A stretch of 60,584 nucleotides of DNA, from contig CAYODY010000005.1 of NCBI GenBank assembly GCA_964402965.1, positions 1-60,584 of the forward strand, read 5' to 3'. Below are positions 27,213 through 35,757 of the stretch, in pieces. The position numbers and the translations under genes were made by a program. The notes below the pieces were generated by a model. The model was not told where the DNA came from and ran no database searches. It saw only the letters and a program-made list of their open reading frames with translations. The stretch's first letter is position 1; every line of letters begins with the position of its first letter. This DNA comes from an uncultured Candidatus Saccharibacteria bacterium. GTDB lineage: Bacteria; Patescibacteriota; Doudnabacteria; UBA920.

Positions 27213-27542
27213 TTATTCAATTAGAAAATCCAGCTGTTCTTTAGGAATCCCTAATGATAAACCATAGTTAACAGCAGGGATCCATGAATCCTTATTATCA
27301 TATTCAAATTTGAAAATCTTATTCTTATAGACTGCTATAATACTATTTCCATTCCAAAAATGCATATACCAACTAACACCATTGATTTCTTGAGAGAGCT
27401 TATTAATATCTTCTTCTGATATTTCGACAGTATATAAATGCCAACCCAAATTTTCAGTTTTTCTAGAACTGATTATTTTGAAATCAGTTAATATTTTTGG
27501 GTTTACTAAACTCTCTAAGATAATAGTGCCAGTATATTCCAT
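27213..27542 (-). CDS. Hypothetical protein
   Basis: Start moved to MEYTGT. TGtTATAAT at 27549-27557 lies 6 nt upstream. The longer ORF would run into the 27554-27573 hairpin arm. Confidence 0.5.
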   Translation of the reverse strand: MEYTGTIILESLVNPKILTDFKIISSRKTENLGWHLYTVEISEEDINKLSQEINGVSWYMHFWNGNSIIAVYKNKIFKFEYDNKDSWIPAVNYGLSLGIPKEQLDFLIE

Positions 27543-27553
27543 ATTTCTATTAT

Positions 27554-27647
27554 AACAAATAACCGCCATCTCTGAACGCATACGAGGTCATATATCCAAG
27601 AAAATCTATATGCCCGAGTCTAAGTGAAGAGATGGCGGTTATTTGTT
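27554..27647. other. Perfect 20-bp stem enclosing a 54-nt loop
   Basis: aacaaataaccgccatctct at 27554-27573 pairs perfectly with agagatggcggttatttgtt at 27628-27647. A T-run follows. Confidence 0.8.
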
Positions 27648-27651
27648 TTTA

Positions 27652-27993
27652 TTATTCTTCCAATTGCTTCCCACCAAGTAAATGCATATGTAAGTGCTGA
27701 ATTACTTGTCCGCCTTCTTTTCCGCTATTTATGACGATCTTAAATCCGGATTCAGAAATACCAGTTTTTAGGGCGTAATTTTTTGCAGCGAGAATAAGTT
27801 CACCAATTAAGTTAGTGTCTTCATCTGTTAATTCATTTACAGATTTAATATGGCGCTTAGGCATTACCTGAACATGCACGGGTGCTTTTGGCATAATATC
27901 TCGAAGAACCATCACATCTTCATTTTCAAAAAGGATATCGCCTGCCACTGTCTTGTTACCAATATTACAAAAAATACAATTTGGATCTGTCAT
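27652..27993 (-). CDS. HIT-family nucleotide hydrolase (HinT-like)
   Basis: Histidine triad HLHMHLLGG; CIFCNI near the N-terminus. Confidence 0.88.
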   Translation of the reverse strand: MTDPNCIFCNIGNKTVAGDILFENEDVMVLRDIMPKAPVHVQVMPKRHIKSVNELTDEDTNLIGELILAAKNYALKTGISESGFKIVINSGKEGGQVIQHLHMHLLGGKQLEE

Positions 27994-28008
27994 TTATTTC
28001 TATTTTAA

Positions 28009-29355
28009 TTAACGTTCAAGTCTTTTCTTAACTTCTGCAATTATTTTATCATACGAAAATATTTCTTGCATACCACTTTTTACATCACGCAAAATTACCA
28101 TTTCGTCCATTGCTTCTTTTTGTCCCATAATTAAAGCGAGTGGTGCCTTCATTTCTTCAGCTTGTTTAAGTTGATTCTTAACTCCTACTGTACCAAAATG
28201 ATCATGAACACTGATTTGATGTGCAATTAGGTCGCGGAAAAGTTTTAAACTTCGTTTTGCTGCCAACTCTCCCAATGGAACCAAATAAACATCGCTATGG
28301 TTTTCTGGACGAACATCAGATTCTGAAAGTTCCATGGCTCTTACTAAGCCCGCAAGACTCCCTGTGAATCCAAACGCTGGCATAGCTTTTCCAGAAATAC
28401 TTTTTAGCAACAATTCGTGATGTGCAGCTTCGCCAATAACAATTGTCTGATTTCCTTTTTTATATTTAACAATCAAACTTGTTCCAGTAGAACCTTCGGA
28501 ACCAAAATACAATTGATTCAATTGATACGGAAGTGCAAGTTCATCTAAAGCTTCTAAAATGTCTGTGAAATGTTTACGAGATGCATCATCTAAAAAGTCT
28601 ACTATTGCAGGAGCTTCTGCGGTAATAACTTGGCAATCCATATTGTTGCAACTCAAAACGTTCAACACCCGACCACGAACCTGAGCAGTGCAATTATCAC
28701 AAAGCTCGAACTCTTTGCCTTTGAGATAGTCTTTCAAAACACTGGCATATGCCGCTTGGGATGTTGCGTCTCCTGCTGTATTAATTTCTAGAAGCACTTC
28801 TCCATCTAATCCTAGACGTTGAGTTAAATCCCATACAGCACTAATAACCTGAGCTTCTGTTAAATGGTTAAACTGACCGAAGACCTCATATCCAAATTGA
28901 TAATTAAATTGCAAAGCACCTTTTGTATCTAATTCAGCAACATTCCCTAAATACATCCATTTAGACATAGGTTGTTCATCCATAATCTTAGATTGAACAT
29001 AGTGCCTTAAAACAGAAGGAAGCACTGAAGATCTAACTCCCATTGGCTTACTTCCACCTTGTACAAACAGAATGCGTTCTAACAGTTCAGGTTGGCTTTT
29101 AAAATAATCGTTATATGTTTTTTGCTCCTCTACGATAGAAGTTTCAACGGGATGAAAACCGTACAATTTAGAAATAGTTCTAATCTGTTGTAGAATTACG
29201 CTTAAATATGGGCTATTCTGTGTGGCGATGTCTCTTAGGCCATTAATATTCCCACTCTTTGCGACTTTAGTAGGAGCTGATTTTTCTGCTGCTGCCTTTT
29301 CTAAGGCAATTTGTTTGGCGGTAGCCGCAACAGTTTTTTTAGCAGTTTTAAGCAT
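28009..29355 (-). CDS. Degenerate HisRS paralogue (HisZ-like) with a 4-Cys insertion
   Basis: Class-II HisRS-like core and a C-terminal anticodon-binding-like domain. The motif 2 region reads KWMYLGNVAELDTKGALQFNYQFGYEVFG. Insertion CDNC...CNNMDC. K/A-rich N-terminus. Confidence 0.6.
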   Translation of the reverse strand: MLKTAKKTVAATAKQIALEKAAAEKSAPTKVAKSGNINGLRDIATQNSPYLSVILQQIRTISKLYGFHPVETSIVEEQKTYNDYFKSQPELLERILFVQGGSKPMGVRSSVLPSVLRHYVQSKIMDEQPMSKWMYLGNVAELDTKGALQFNYQFGYEVFGQFNHLTEAQVISAVWDLTQRLGLDGEVLLEINTAGDATSQAAYASVLKDYLKGKEFELCDNCTAQVRGRVLNVLSCNNMDCQVITAEAPAIVDFLDDASRKHFTDILEALDELALPYQLNQLYFGSEGSTGTSLIVKYKKGNQTIVIGEAAHHELLLKSISGKAMPAFGFTGSLAGLVRAMELSESDVRPENHSDVYLVPLGELAAKRSLKLFRDLIAHQISVHDHFGTVGVKNQLKQAEEMKAPLALIMGQKEAMDEMVILRDVKSGMQEIFSYDKIIAEVKKRLER

Positions 29356-29369
29356 TGTCGATATTTAGA

Positions 29370-29984
29370 CTAATTAGTAAATTGGGCTTTTGGAAATTTA
29401 GTTAATCCAAAACTGTTCATAGGAAATACGCGGAGCCAAGCAGTACCAACAATATCACTCTTTGGAAGAACACCCCACACACGAGAATCACTTGAAGCTA
29501 AACGATTGTCTCCTAATACATAGTACTCATCACTACCAAGAGTTACTGTTTCATCTTTTCCGAAAGTAATGTCTTGATTTGAAAGATACGGTTCATTTAA
29601 TGCACTACCTTCTGGATGCTCTGCGTTGTAAACATACACTTTACCATTTTCTACTTTTACTTTTTCACCTGGTAAACCAATAATGCGTTTAATAAAAAAT
29701 TGTGATATGTCTTTTGGATATCTAAATACTATTACATCCCCTCTTGCCGGTTCATTAAATCTGTAAGTCATTTTATTGATGACTAAATATTCGCGGTTGT
29801 GATAGTTAGGCACCATTGATGAACCCGAAACTATAAATGGCTCGGCTACAAAATAGCGGAATCCTACCATTACAATGAATGCAATGATCATAATTCTAGC
29901 GAGTTCCCAGAGGAACGAACCAACCGAAGGATTTTTTTCCGGTGTAGTTTCAGATGAAGTTTCAATGATTTCGTTTTCAGACAT
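29370..29984 (-). CDS. lepB: Signal peptidase I
   Basis: SGSSMVPN (catalytic Ser box), GDNRLASSDSR, and an N-terminal TM helix. The start at MSENEI is preferred but uncertain. Confidence 0.85.
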   Translation of the reverse strand: MSENEIIETSSETTPEKNPSVGSFLWELARIMIIAFIVMVGFRYFVAEPFIVSGSSMVPNYHNREYLVINKMTYRFNEPARGDVIVFRYPKDISQFFIKRIIGLPGEKVKVENGKVYVYNAEHPEGSALNEPYLSNQDITFGKDETVTLGSDEYYVLGDNRLASSDSRVWGVLPKSDIVGTAWLRVFPMNSFGLTKFPKAQFTN

Positions 29985-30135
29985 ATTTTGTTTCCTTATG
30001 TAAATAACATTCCAACTATACCACCCTGTTTCAGTCATTGCAAGAGCTAAAATAGATAGATCTTAGACATATTTCTTACCCTAGCGAAGAAAGTCGTTTT
30101 CGAGTATAATACCTAAGTAAACTTTACAGAAAGTC

Positions 30136-31578
30136 ATGGAAGAAATTAATTTTGTAGACAAAAAAATAACCCCACCAGCAATATCCACTACCAATTATGG
30201 TGGTGGTAATTTTACTCCTGAGCCCAAACCACCAAAACGTAGCAACCCTCGCAGGAAATGGAAATGGTTTTTAGGAATTTTAGCAGTGCTAATTCTTGTT
30301 TTCGGTATTTTTGTAGCGGCACGTGCTAGTGGTTTAATTAATAAAATTTTCATTGGTCAAAATTCAAGCATCTACAGCAGAATTTCTGATTTAATATCTT
30401 CAAGTACTGGCGGCACAAAACTTGAAGGTGAAAATGATGGACAAGTTAATGTGTTGCTATTGGGAATTGGCGGACCAGAACACGATGGTCCATATTTAAC
30501 GGACACAATGATTCTTGTTCAAATGCGTCCTAAAGATAAAAAGGCAACTTTAATTTCTATACCTCGTGATTTTCTTACAAACACAAAAGAAATTGGCCAA
30601 AGAAAAATAAACGCAGTATTTGCGGAAAGCTACAGTCGAAGTAAGGACTGGAATTCTGCTGGCGAAAGCATTCGCCAAGTTGTTTCTAAAATGACTGGTT
30701 TAGATATCCCCTACTTTGCAGTCATAGACTTTAAAGGTTTTGAAAAAACAGTAGATCAACTCGGTGGAGTAGATATACAAATTGAAAACACTTTCACAGA
30801 TTACACCTTTCCAGACAATGGTTTAGGATACATCCCTCCTGTAACTTTCAAAGAAGGACAAGAACACATGGACGGAAAACGTGCTTTAATTTTTGCCCGC
30901 TCTCGTCATGCCGCTGGATCTGAAGGATCAGACTTTGCTCGTAGCGCCCGCCAACAGAAAATTATTTATGCAGTTAAATCCAAAGTAGAGTCTTTGAATA
31001 TTGTTGCTGATGCAGGTAAAATTAACGAGATTTTTTCTATTGTTGGACAGCATTTCCATACCAACCTAACACCTGGTCAAATGCTTCATGCTTACAATCT
31101 AGTAAAAGATTTTCCTAAAGAAAATATTATTAATTTAAGTTTGGATCCTGAAGGTGGAGTGATTTGTCCACAAACTCTAGAAGAAAGTGGCGCATGGGTA
31201 CTTACAATTTGTCCTGGTAAAACAACTAACGACTTACAAGACTACTTCAAAAATAGTTTTTCAACTGGTCAGCTTGCTTCTGAAAAAGCAACTGTTTGGT
31301 TAGCAGACAGTAGTACAACAGGCAAACTATACAAACAAGCAGAAAAAGAATTAACCAACGCTGGAATTAGAGTATTGAAAGTACTATATGGAGGCCAACC
31401 GCTAACTCAAAATGTTATATATTCTGTGAACCATAAACCTGCTACATCTGATTTCATTACTAGTAAATTAAATGCAAGCTCAGTTTCACTTCCACCTCCA
31501 GGAATTAAGATAGATTCTTCGAAGGTAGATGTTATCGTAATTCTTGGTAGTAATGATGCTGCCAACTCAACTAAATAA
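30136..31578 (+). CDS. LytR-CpsA-Psr (LCP) family cell-envelope phosphotransferase
   Basis: N-terminal TM helix, then VLLLGIGG....GPYLTDTMILVQM...ISIPRD and ARSRH. Confidence 0.82.
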   Translation: MEEINFVDKKITPPAISTTNYGGGNFTPEPKPPKRSNPRRKWKWFLGILAVLILVFGIFVAARASGLINKIFIGQNSSIYSRISDLISSSTGGTKLEGENDGQVNVLLLGIGGPEHDGPYLTDTMILVQMRPKDKKATLISIPRDFLTNTKEIGQRKINAVFAESYSRSKDWNSAGESIRQVVSKMTGLDIPYFAVIDFKGFEKTVDQLGGVDIQIENTFTDYTFPDNGLGYIPPVTFKEGQEHMDGKRALIFARSRHAAGSEGSDFARSARQQKIIYAVKSKVESLNIVADAGKINEIFSIVGQHFHTNLTPGQMLHAYNLVKDFPKENIINLSLDPEGGVICPQTLEESGAWVLTICPGKTTNDLQDYFKNSFSTGQLASEKATVWLADSSTTGKLYKQAEKELTNAGIRVLKVLYGGQPLTQNVIYSVNHKPATSDFITSKLNASSVSLPPPGIKIDSSKVDVIVILGSNDAANSTK

Positions 31579-31584
31579 TAAATT

Positions 31585-32904
31585 ATGTCATCTCAACTAC
31601 CAATCTTAGCAATCGTCGGTGAACCAAACGTGGGCAAATCCACTTTGATGAACAAAATTGCTGGCAAACGACTTGCCGTTACTTCAAACGTTGCAGGCAC
31701 AACTCGCGATCGTCACTACGTAGACACCGAATGGAACGGTGTAGACTTTACTATGGTCGATACAGCAGGAGTTACTTTTAACAACAAGCAAGAGTTAGAA
31801 GCAGAACTTGAAGAACAAATAGATATTGCTGTTCAGGAAGCGAATATGTTGCTGTTAGTTGTAGATGCTAAAGCAGGAGTTGATGTAATAGACCGCAAAG
31901 CATTGCTTAAATTCCGCAAACTAAAAAAGCCGATTGCCGTTGCAGTAAACAAACTAGATTCTCCTAACAACTTAGAAGCGCTAACTGCACCATTTTTAAA
32001 GTTAGGAATTAAGCATGTCTTCCCTGTATCTTCTGCGACAGGACGCGGAATTGGCGATTTACTGGATCAAGTTGCTATAGAACTAAAAGCATCAGCTGTT
32101 CGCAAAGAAGTTGTCCCAGTTGGAATTTCTGTAAGTATTGTTGGAAAACCAAATGTTGGTAAATCTAGTATTTTGAACAAAATTCTTGGCGAAAATCGTG
32201 TAATAGTTTCCCCTATTGCTGGAACAACTCGCACTTCTATAGACACCCACACCGTAATTGATGGACAAGATTATACTATAATAGACACCGCTGGTTTAAA
32301 GCGTAAAGAACATAGACAAAAACAGCCAGACGTTTTCTCTGGATTCCAGACATACAAATCTATCCGCCGTAGTGATGTTGTTTTGTTCGTTATAGACGCT
32401 TCACAAACCGTAACTAAACAGGATCAAGTTATTGCAGGTGAAATTTTTGATCAAACAAAAGGTTGCATTATTGTTGCCAATAAAATGGATTTGTTTGATG
32501 GTGATGAAGATAAATTAAAGGATTATATTTCTCATCACTTCCCTTTCCTGTGGTTTTGTCCTGTATTTTTTGTGTCTGCTGAAACAGGAGATGGCTTAGA
32601 TGAAGCCATTGCTCGTATAAAACCAATTTACGACAACAGGTTAAAACAAGTACCTCAGGAAGAAATAGATAGTCTTTGGGAAAAGACAATGAAAAATAAT
32701 CCGCCAAAGAGAATGCTAGACCAAAAAGTTCCGAAAGTTTACGGTCTGGAACAAATAGATACAGACCCGCCAGCATTCTTGTTAACTGTTAACCACCCTG
32801 CTGCTATTTCTACTCAATACAAACGTTTTCTTCTTAAAGAAATTATTAAGAATTTGGACTTCTGGGGTACTCCTATTAAATTGCATTTGAAGAAGAAAGA
32901 GTAG
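31585..32904 (+). CDS. der: Ribosome-biogenesis GTPase Der/EngA
   Basis: Two G domains (GEPNVGKST...DTAG...NKLD and GKPNVGKSS...DTAG...NKMD) plus a KH-like C-terminus. Confidence 0.93.
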   Translation: MSSQLPILAIVGEPNVGKSTLMNKIAGKRLAVTSNVAGTTRDRHYVDTEWNGVDFTMVDTAGVTFNNKQELEAELEEQIDIAVQEANMLLLVVDAKAGVDVIDRKALLKFRKLKKPIAVAVNKLDSPNNLEALTAPFLKLGIKHVFPVSSATGRGIGDLLDQVAIELKASAVRKEVVPVGISVSIVGKPNVGKSSILNKILGENRVIVSPIAGTTRTSIDTHTVIDGQDYTIIDTAGLKRKEHRQKQPDVFSGFQTYKSIRRSDVVLFVIDASQTVTKQDQVIAGEIFDQTKGCIIVANKMDLFDGDEDKLKDYISHHFPFLWFCPVFFVSAETGDGLDEAIARIKPIYDNRLKQVPQEEIDSLWEKTMKNNPPKRMLDQKVPKVYGLEQIDTDPPAFLLTVNHPAAISTQYKRFLLKEIIKNLDFWGTPIKLHLKKKE

Positions 32905-32930
32905 ATAGAAATAAAATTAAAGGTGTTGTC

Positions 32931-32989
32931 ACCTCGATCAGGTCGCTACTATTTGCTTTCAGCAAATCTGGGCTCCAATGATCTCGTTA
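32931..32989 (+). repeat. Hairpin-nested module, copy 3
   Basis: acctcgatcaggtcgctact-atttgctttcagcaaat-ctgggctccaatgatctcgtta. It is enclosed by outer stem 32919-32930 / 32990-33001 between convergent genes. Confidence 0.85.
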
Positions 32990-33030
32990 GACAACACCTT
33001 TTTATTTTACAAATTTTACTCCAAAAGAAT

Positions 33031-34782
33031 TTACGCGTAGCTACCAGATTGAATGTGCCAAAGTTTTTGATATTTACCTTCTTGAGCTTTGAGCAATTCT
33101 TCATGTTTTCCTTGCTCAGTAATTTTTCCGTCTTCTATGACAACTATTCTGTCTACTGCCATGATTGTTGAAAGTCTATGAGCAATAACTATAGTTGTTT
33201 TACCTTTCATTAAAGTTTTTAAGGCATCTTGAATTAGACTTTCACTTTCAGAATCTAGTGAACTTGTTGCTTCATCCAAAACCAATATAGGTGCATTCTT
33301 TAATATAGCCCGAGCAATTGCCACGCGTTGGCGTTCTCCACCAGATAGCTTAACCCCACGTTCTCCAACTAATGTATCATACTTGTTTGGAAGCTTTTCA
33401 ATAAATTCATGACAATGCGCAGCCTTTGCCGCTTCTACTACTTCATCCAAGGTTGCATCTTGTTTTGCATAACGGATGTTTTCGAAAATGCTTCTATGGA
33501 AGAGAATAGGGTCTTGCGGTACTAACGACATATTTTGTCTCAGTGAAACTTGGGTTACCTTAGAAATATCTTGATTATCTATTGTGATTTGTCCATTAGT
33601 TATATCGTAAAAACGGAACAACAGCTTAACGATAGTGCTTTTACCTCCACCAGAAGGACCCACAAGAGCAACTCGCTCACCTGCCGAGATTGTTAAATTA
33701 AACTTATCAAATATTTCTGGATTATCTTTATACTTGAAAGAAATATTGGAAAAATTAATCTCTCCATTTTTTACGAACATCTTATCTGCATTCGGTAGAT
33801 CTTTTACCTCATGAGAAGTAGTTAAGATTGTCGTCATTTCATTAGCATCTGCGATACTCTGGTAAAGTTTACGCATGTTTCTTCCTATTTCCCACAAATG
33901 GTGAAATACACTCAACATAAAACTTTGTAGTAAAACAAAGTCCCCTACTGTAATTTTCCCTTGTCGCCACAAATGAACTGCAGCATACATTAAAACAAAC
34001 TCAAGGATTATCATCATACCCCCTTGAAAAATATCTACATAATTTGAAATATCCCAAGCTTTTCTTCGACGTACATACTGTTCGTGAATAATGCCACTAA
34101 AGGTAAATTTTTCTGTCTTCTCTGCTGCAAAAACCTTGATGGCGCTATTATTAGTCAATGTGTCTGCCACGTGGCCTGAAACTTTCGTATCTTGTTCTGC
34201 TGTACTTAAATCGTATTTAAATCTAAATCTTGAGAGTGACCAAGTGCAAACCAAATACACAGAAACCCAAATGCCCAAAATATATGCCGCAAGAGGAATC
34301 TGAAAAGCCAGAGTAACAAAAATAAATAAAAGTAAAATTATTGTCCTGCCTATTCCAAAGATAAATTCGTCAGCAACTGTTTCAAAAGCTCTATCAAAAC
34401 GTCCTAACTTAGCGACTAAACCACCAACAAAATTGTTGCTAAAAAAATCAGTAGAGTGATCTAAAATATAGTTATAACAAGTTTTATATAAATCACGTTT
34501 TGTTTTTCCCTGAAAAACATTAGTAAATGCAATTACAGAGCGCCATCCTATGTTATAGGTTATAGCGGAAGCTGAAATATAAAAAACCATTCTAATAGGA
34601 TAATCAATAGAACTAAAATCTCCAGTCGCAACATAATTGAGCAAAAATTTATAGAAGAACGGCTGAGCGATATCAGACACCATTACTAATACCATAAACA
34701 GACAAATGAAAAAGATATACCAGCTGTACTGTTTAGAATGTTGCCAAAAGATTTTTAGAGTTTGCCATGTGAGTGATTTCAT
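33031..34782 (-). CDS. ABC exporter, fused permease and ATPase (MsbA-like)
   Basis: Walker A GPSGGGKST, signature LSGGERQR, Walker B ILVLDEATS. Confidence 0.9.
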   Translation of the reverse strand: MKSLTWQTLKIFWQHSKQYSWYIFFICLFMVLVMVSDIAQPFFYKFLLNYVATGDFSSIDYPIRMVFYISASAITYNIGWRSVIAFTNVFQGKTKRDLYKTCYNYILDHSTDFFSNNFVGGLVAKLGRFDRAFETVADEFIFGIGRTIILLLFIFVTLAFQIPLAAYILGIWVSVYLVCTWSLSRFRFKYDLSTAEQDTKVSGHVADTLTNNSAIKVFAAEKTEKFTFSGIIHEQYVRRRKAWDISNYVDIFQGGMMIILEFVLMYAAVHLWRQGKITVGDFVLLQSFMLSVFHHLWEIGRNMRKLYQSIADANEMTTILTTSHEVKDLPNADKMFVKNGEINFSNISFKYKDNPEIFDKFNLTISAGERVALVGPSGGGKSTIVKLLFRFYDITNGQITIDNQDISKVTQVSLRQNMSLVPQDPILFHRSIFENIRYAKQDATLDEVVEAAKAAHCHEFIEKLPNKYDTLVGERGVKLSGGERQRVAIARAILKNAPILVLDEATSSLDSESESLIQDALKTLMKGKTTIVIAHRLSTIMAVDRIVVIEDGKITEQGKHEELLKAQEGKYQKLWHIQSGSYA

Positions 34783-34788
34783 ACAGTA

Positions 34789-34797
34789 ATTGTATCA
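34789..34797 (-). promoter_or_regulatory. Extended -10 (TGaTACAAT) 6 nt before the ATG at 34782; leaderless-type
   Basis: On the minus strand: tgatacaat-tactgt-ATG. Confidence 0.55.
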
Positions 34798-34861
34798 CTA
34801 ATTTCGTAAAATTTATAAGTTCTGACCAATGATCGGAGCAGTTGTCCAAGGCGCGCCAGGC

Positions 34862-34870
34862 TGTTATACT
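34862..34870 (+). promoter_or_regulatory. Extended -10 (TGtTATACT) 6 nt before the pth ATG; leaderless-type
   Basis: tgttatact-ttcaat-ATG. Confidence 0.55.
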
Positions 34871-34876
34871 TTCAAT

Positions 34877-35431
34877 ATGAAACTAATAGTTGGCCTTGGA
34901 AATCCTGGTAAGCAATATGAAAACACCCGCCACAACGCAGGGTTTTTAGCAATAGATTTTTTTCTATCTAAGCGTTCAGCTATTTCTTGCCAAAGCAAAT
35001 TCAAAGCGTTAATTTGCGAATTCCACGAAACAAAAAATGATAGCACTGTCGAAAAGGTATTTTTTGTTAAACCACAAAGCTTTATGAATTTATCTGGTGA
35101 AGTTGTTCACGAAATTGTATCTTTCTACAAGCTAGATCCCTCTAAAGACTTACTAGTCTTACATGATGAAAAAGATTTAGCTTTTGGGATTTTAAAAGAA
35201 GCGCATGGTTCCGGTGGCGCTGGTCACAACGGCGTTCAAAATATAATAGATGAACTTGGTACAAAAGATTTTGCGCGCGTGCGAATTGGAGTGGAAACTC
35301 GTGAAGCAGACTCACCTATTCCAACAGATGTGTTTGTTCTATCGCCTTTTTCAGAAGAAGAACTTGAGACTTTAAATAAAGAGGTCTTTCTAAAAACTAC
35401 TGAGCTAATAGAAAAGTTTATACAAAATTAA
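34877..35431 (+). CDS. pth: Peptidyl-tRNA hydrolase
   Basis: Start moved to MKLIVGLGNPG..Y..TRHNAGF, the canonical Pth N-terminus. Confidence 0.9.
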   Translation: MKLIVGLGNPGKQYENTRHNAGFLAIDFFLSKRSAISCQSKFKALICEFHETKNDSTVEKVFFVKPQSFMNLSGEVVHEIVSFYKLDPSKDLLVLHDEKDLAFGILKEAHGSGGAGHNGVQNIIDELGTKDFARVRIGVETREADSPIPTDVFVLSPFSEEELETLNKEVFLKTTELIEKFIQN

Positions 35432-35436
35432 AATAG

Positions 35437-35475
35437 CAAAAAGTCCTACCAAAACATTTGGTAGGACTTTTTTTA
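35437..35475 (+). terminator. Intrinsic terminator of pth
   Basis: aagtcctacc / ggtaggactt stem followed by a T7 run. Confidence 0.75.
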
Positions 35476-35757
35476 TCTACACAACCCCACTTACAAGTGA
35501 GAGTTATTAGGCATACGCCTAGATAACTCTACTTGCCCGCTAAAACCATAGAATAGGAGGGATGATCTATGGATTCGCGACTTGCAAGTAGGGTCGTACA
35601 GACAATAGCTTCAATTCGTTACTTTGGTAGTATACACTAAATTGACGTTTTTGTCAAGCCCCTTCCCTTCCCCATCTATACATCTTTTCCACCAAATTCA
35701 GTAAAACTTTAGAATTATTTTACGCTAACTTTATCATCCTTTTGTTAGCCTGAAAGT

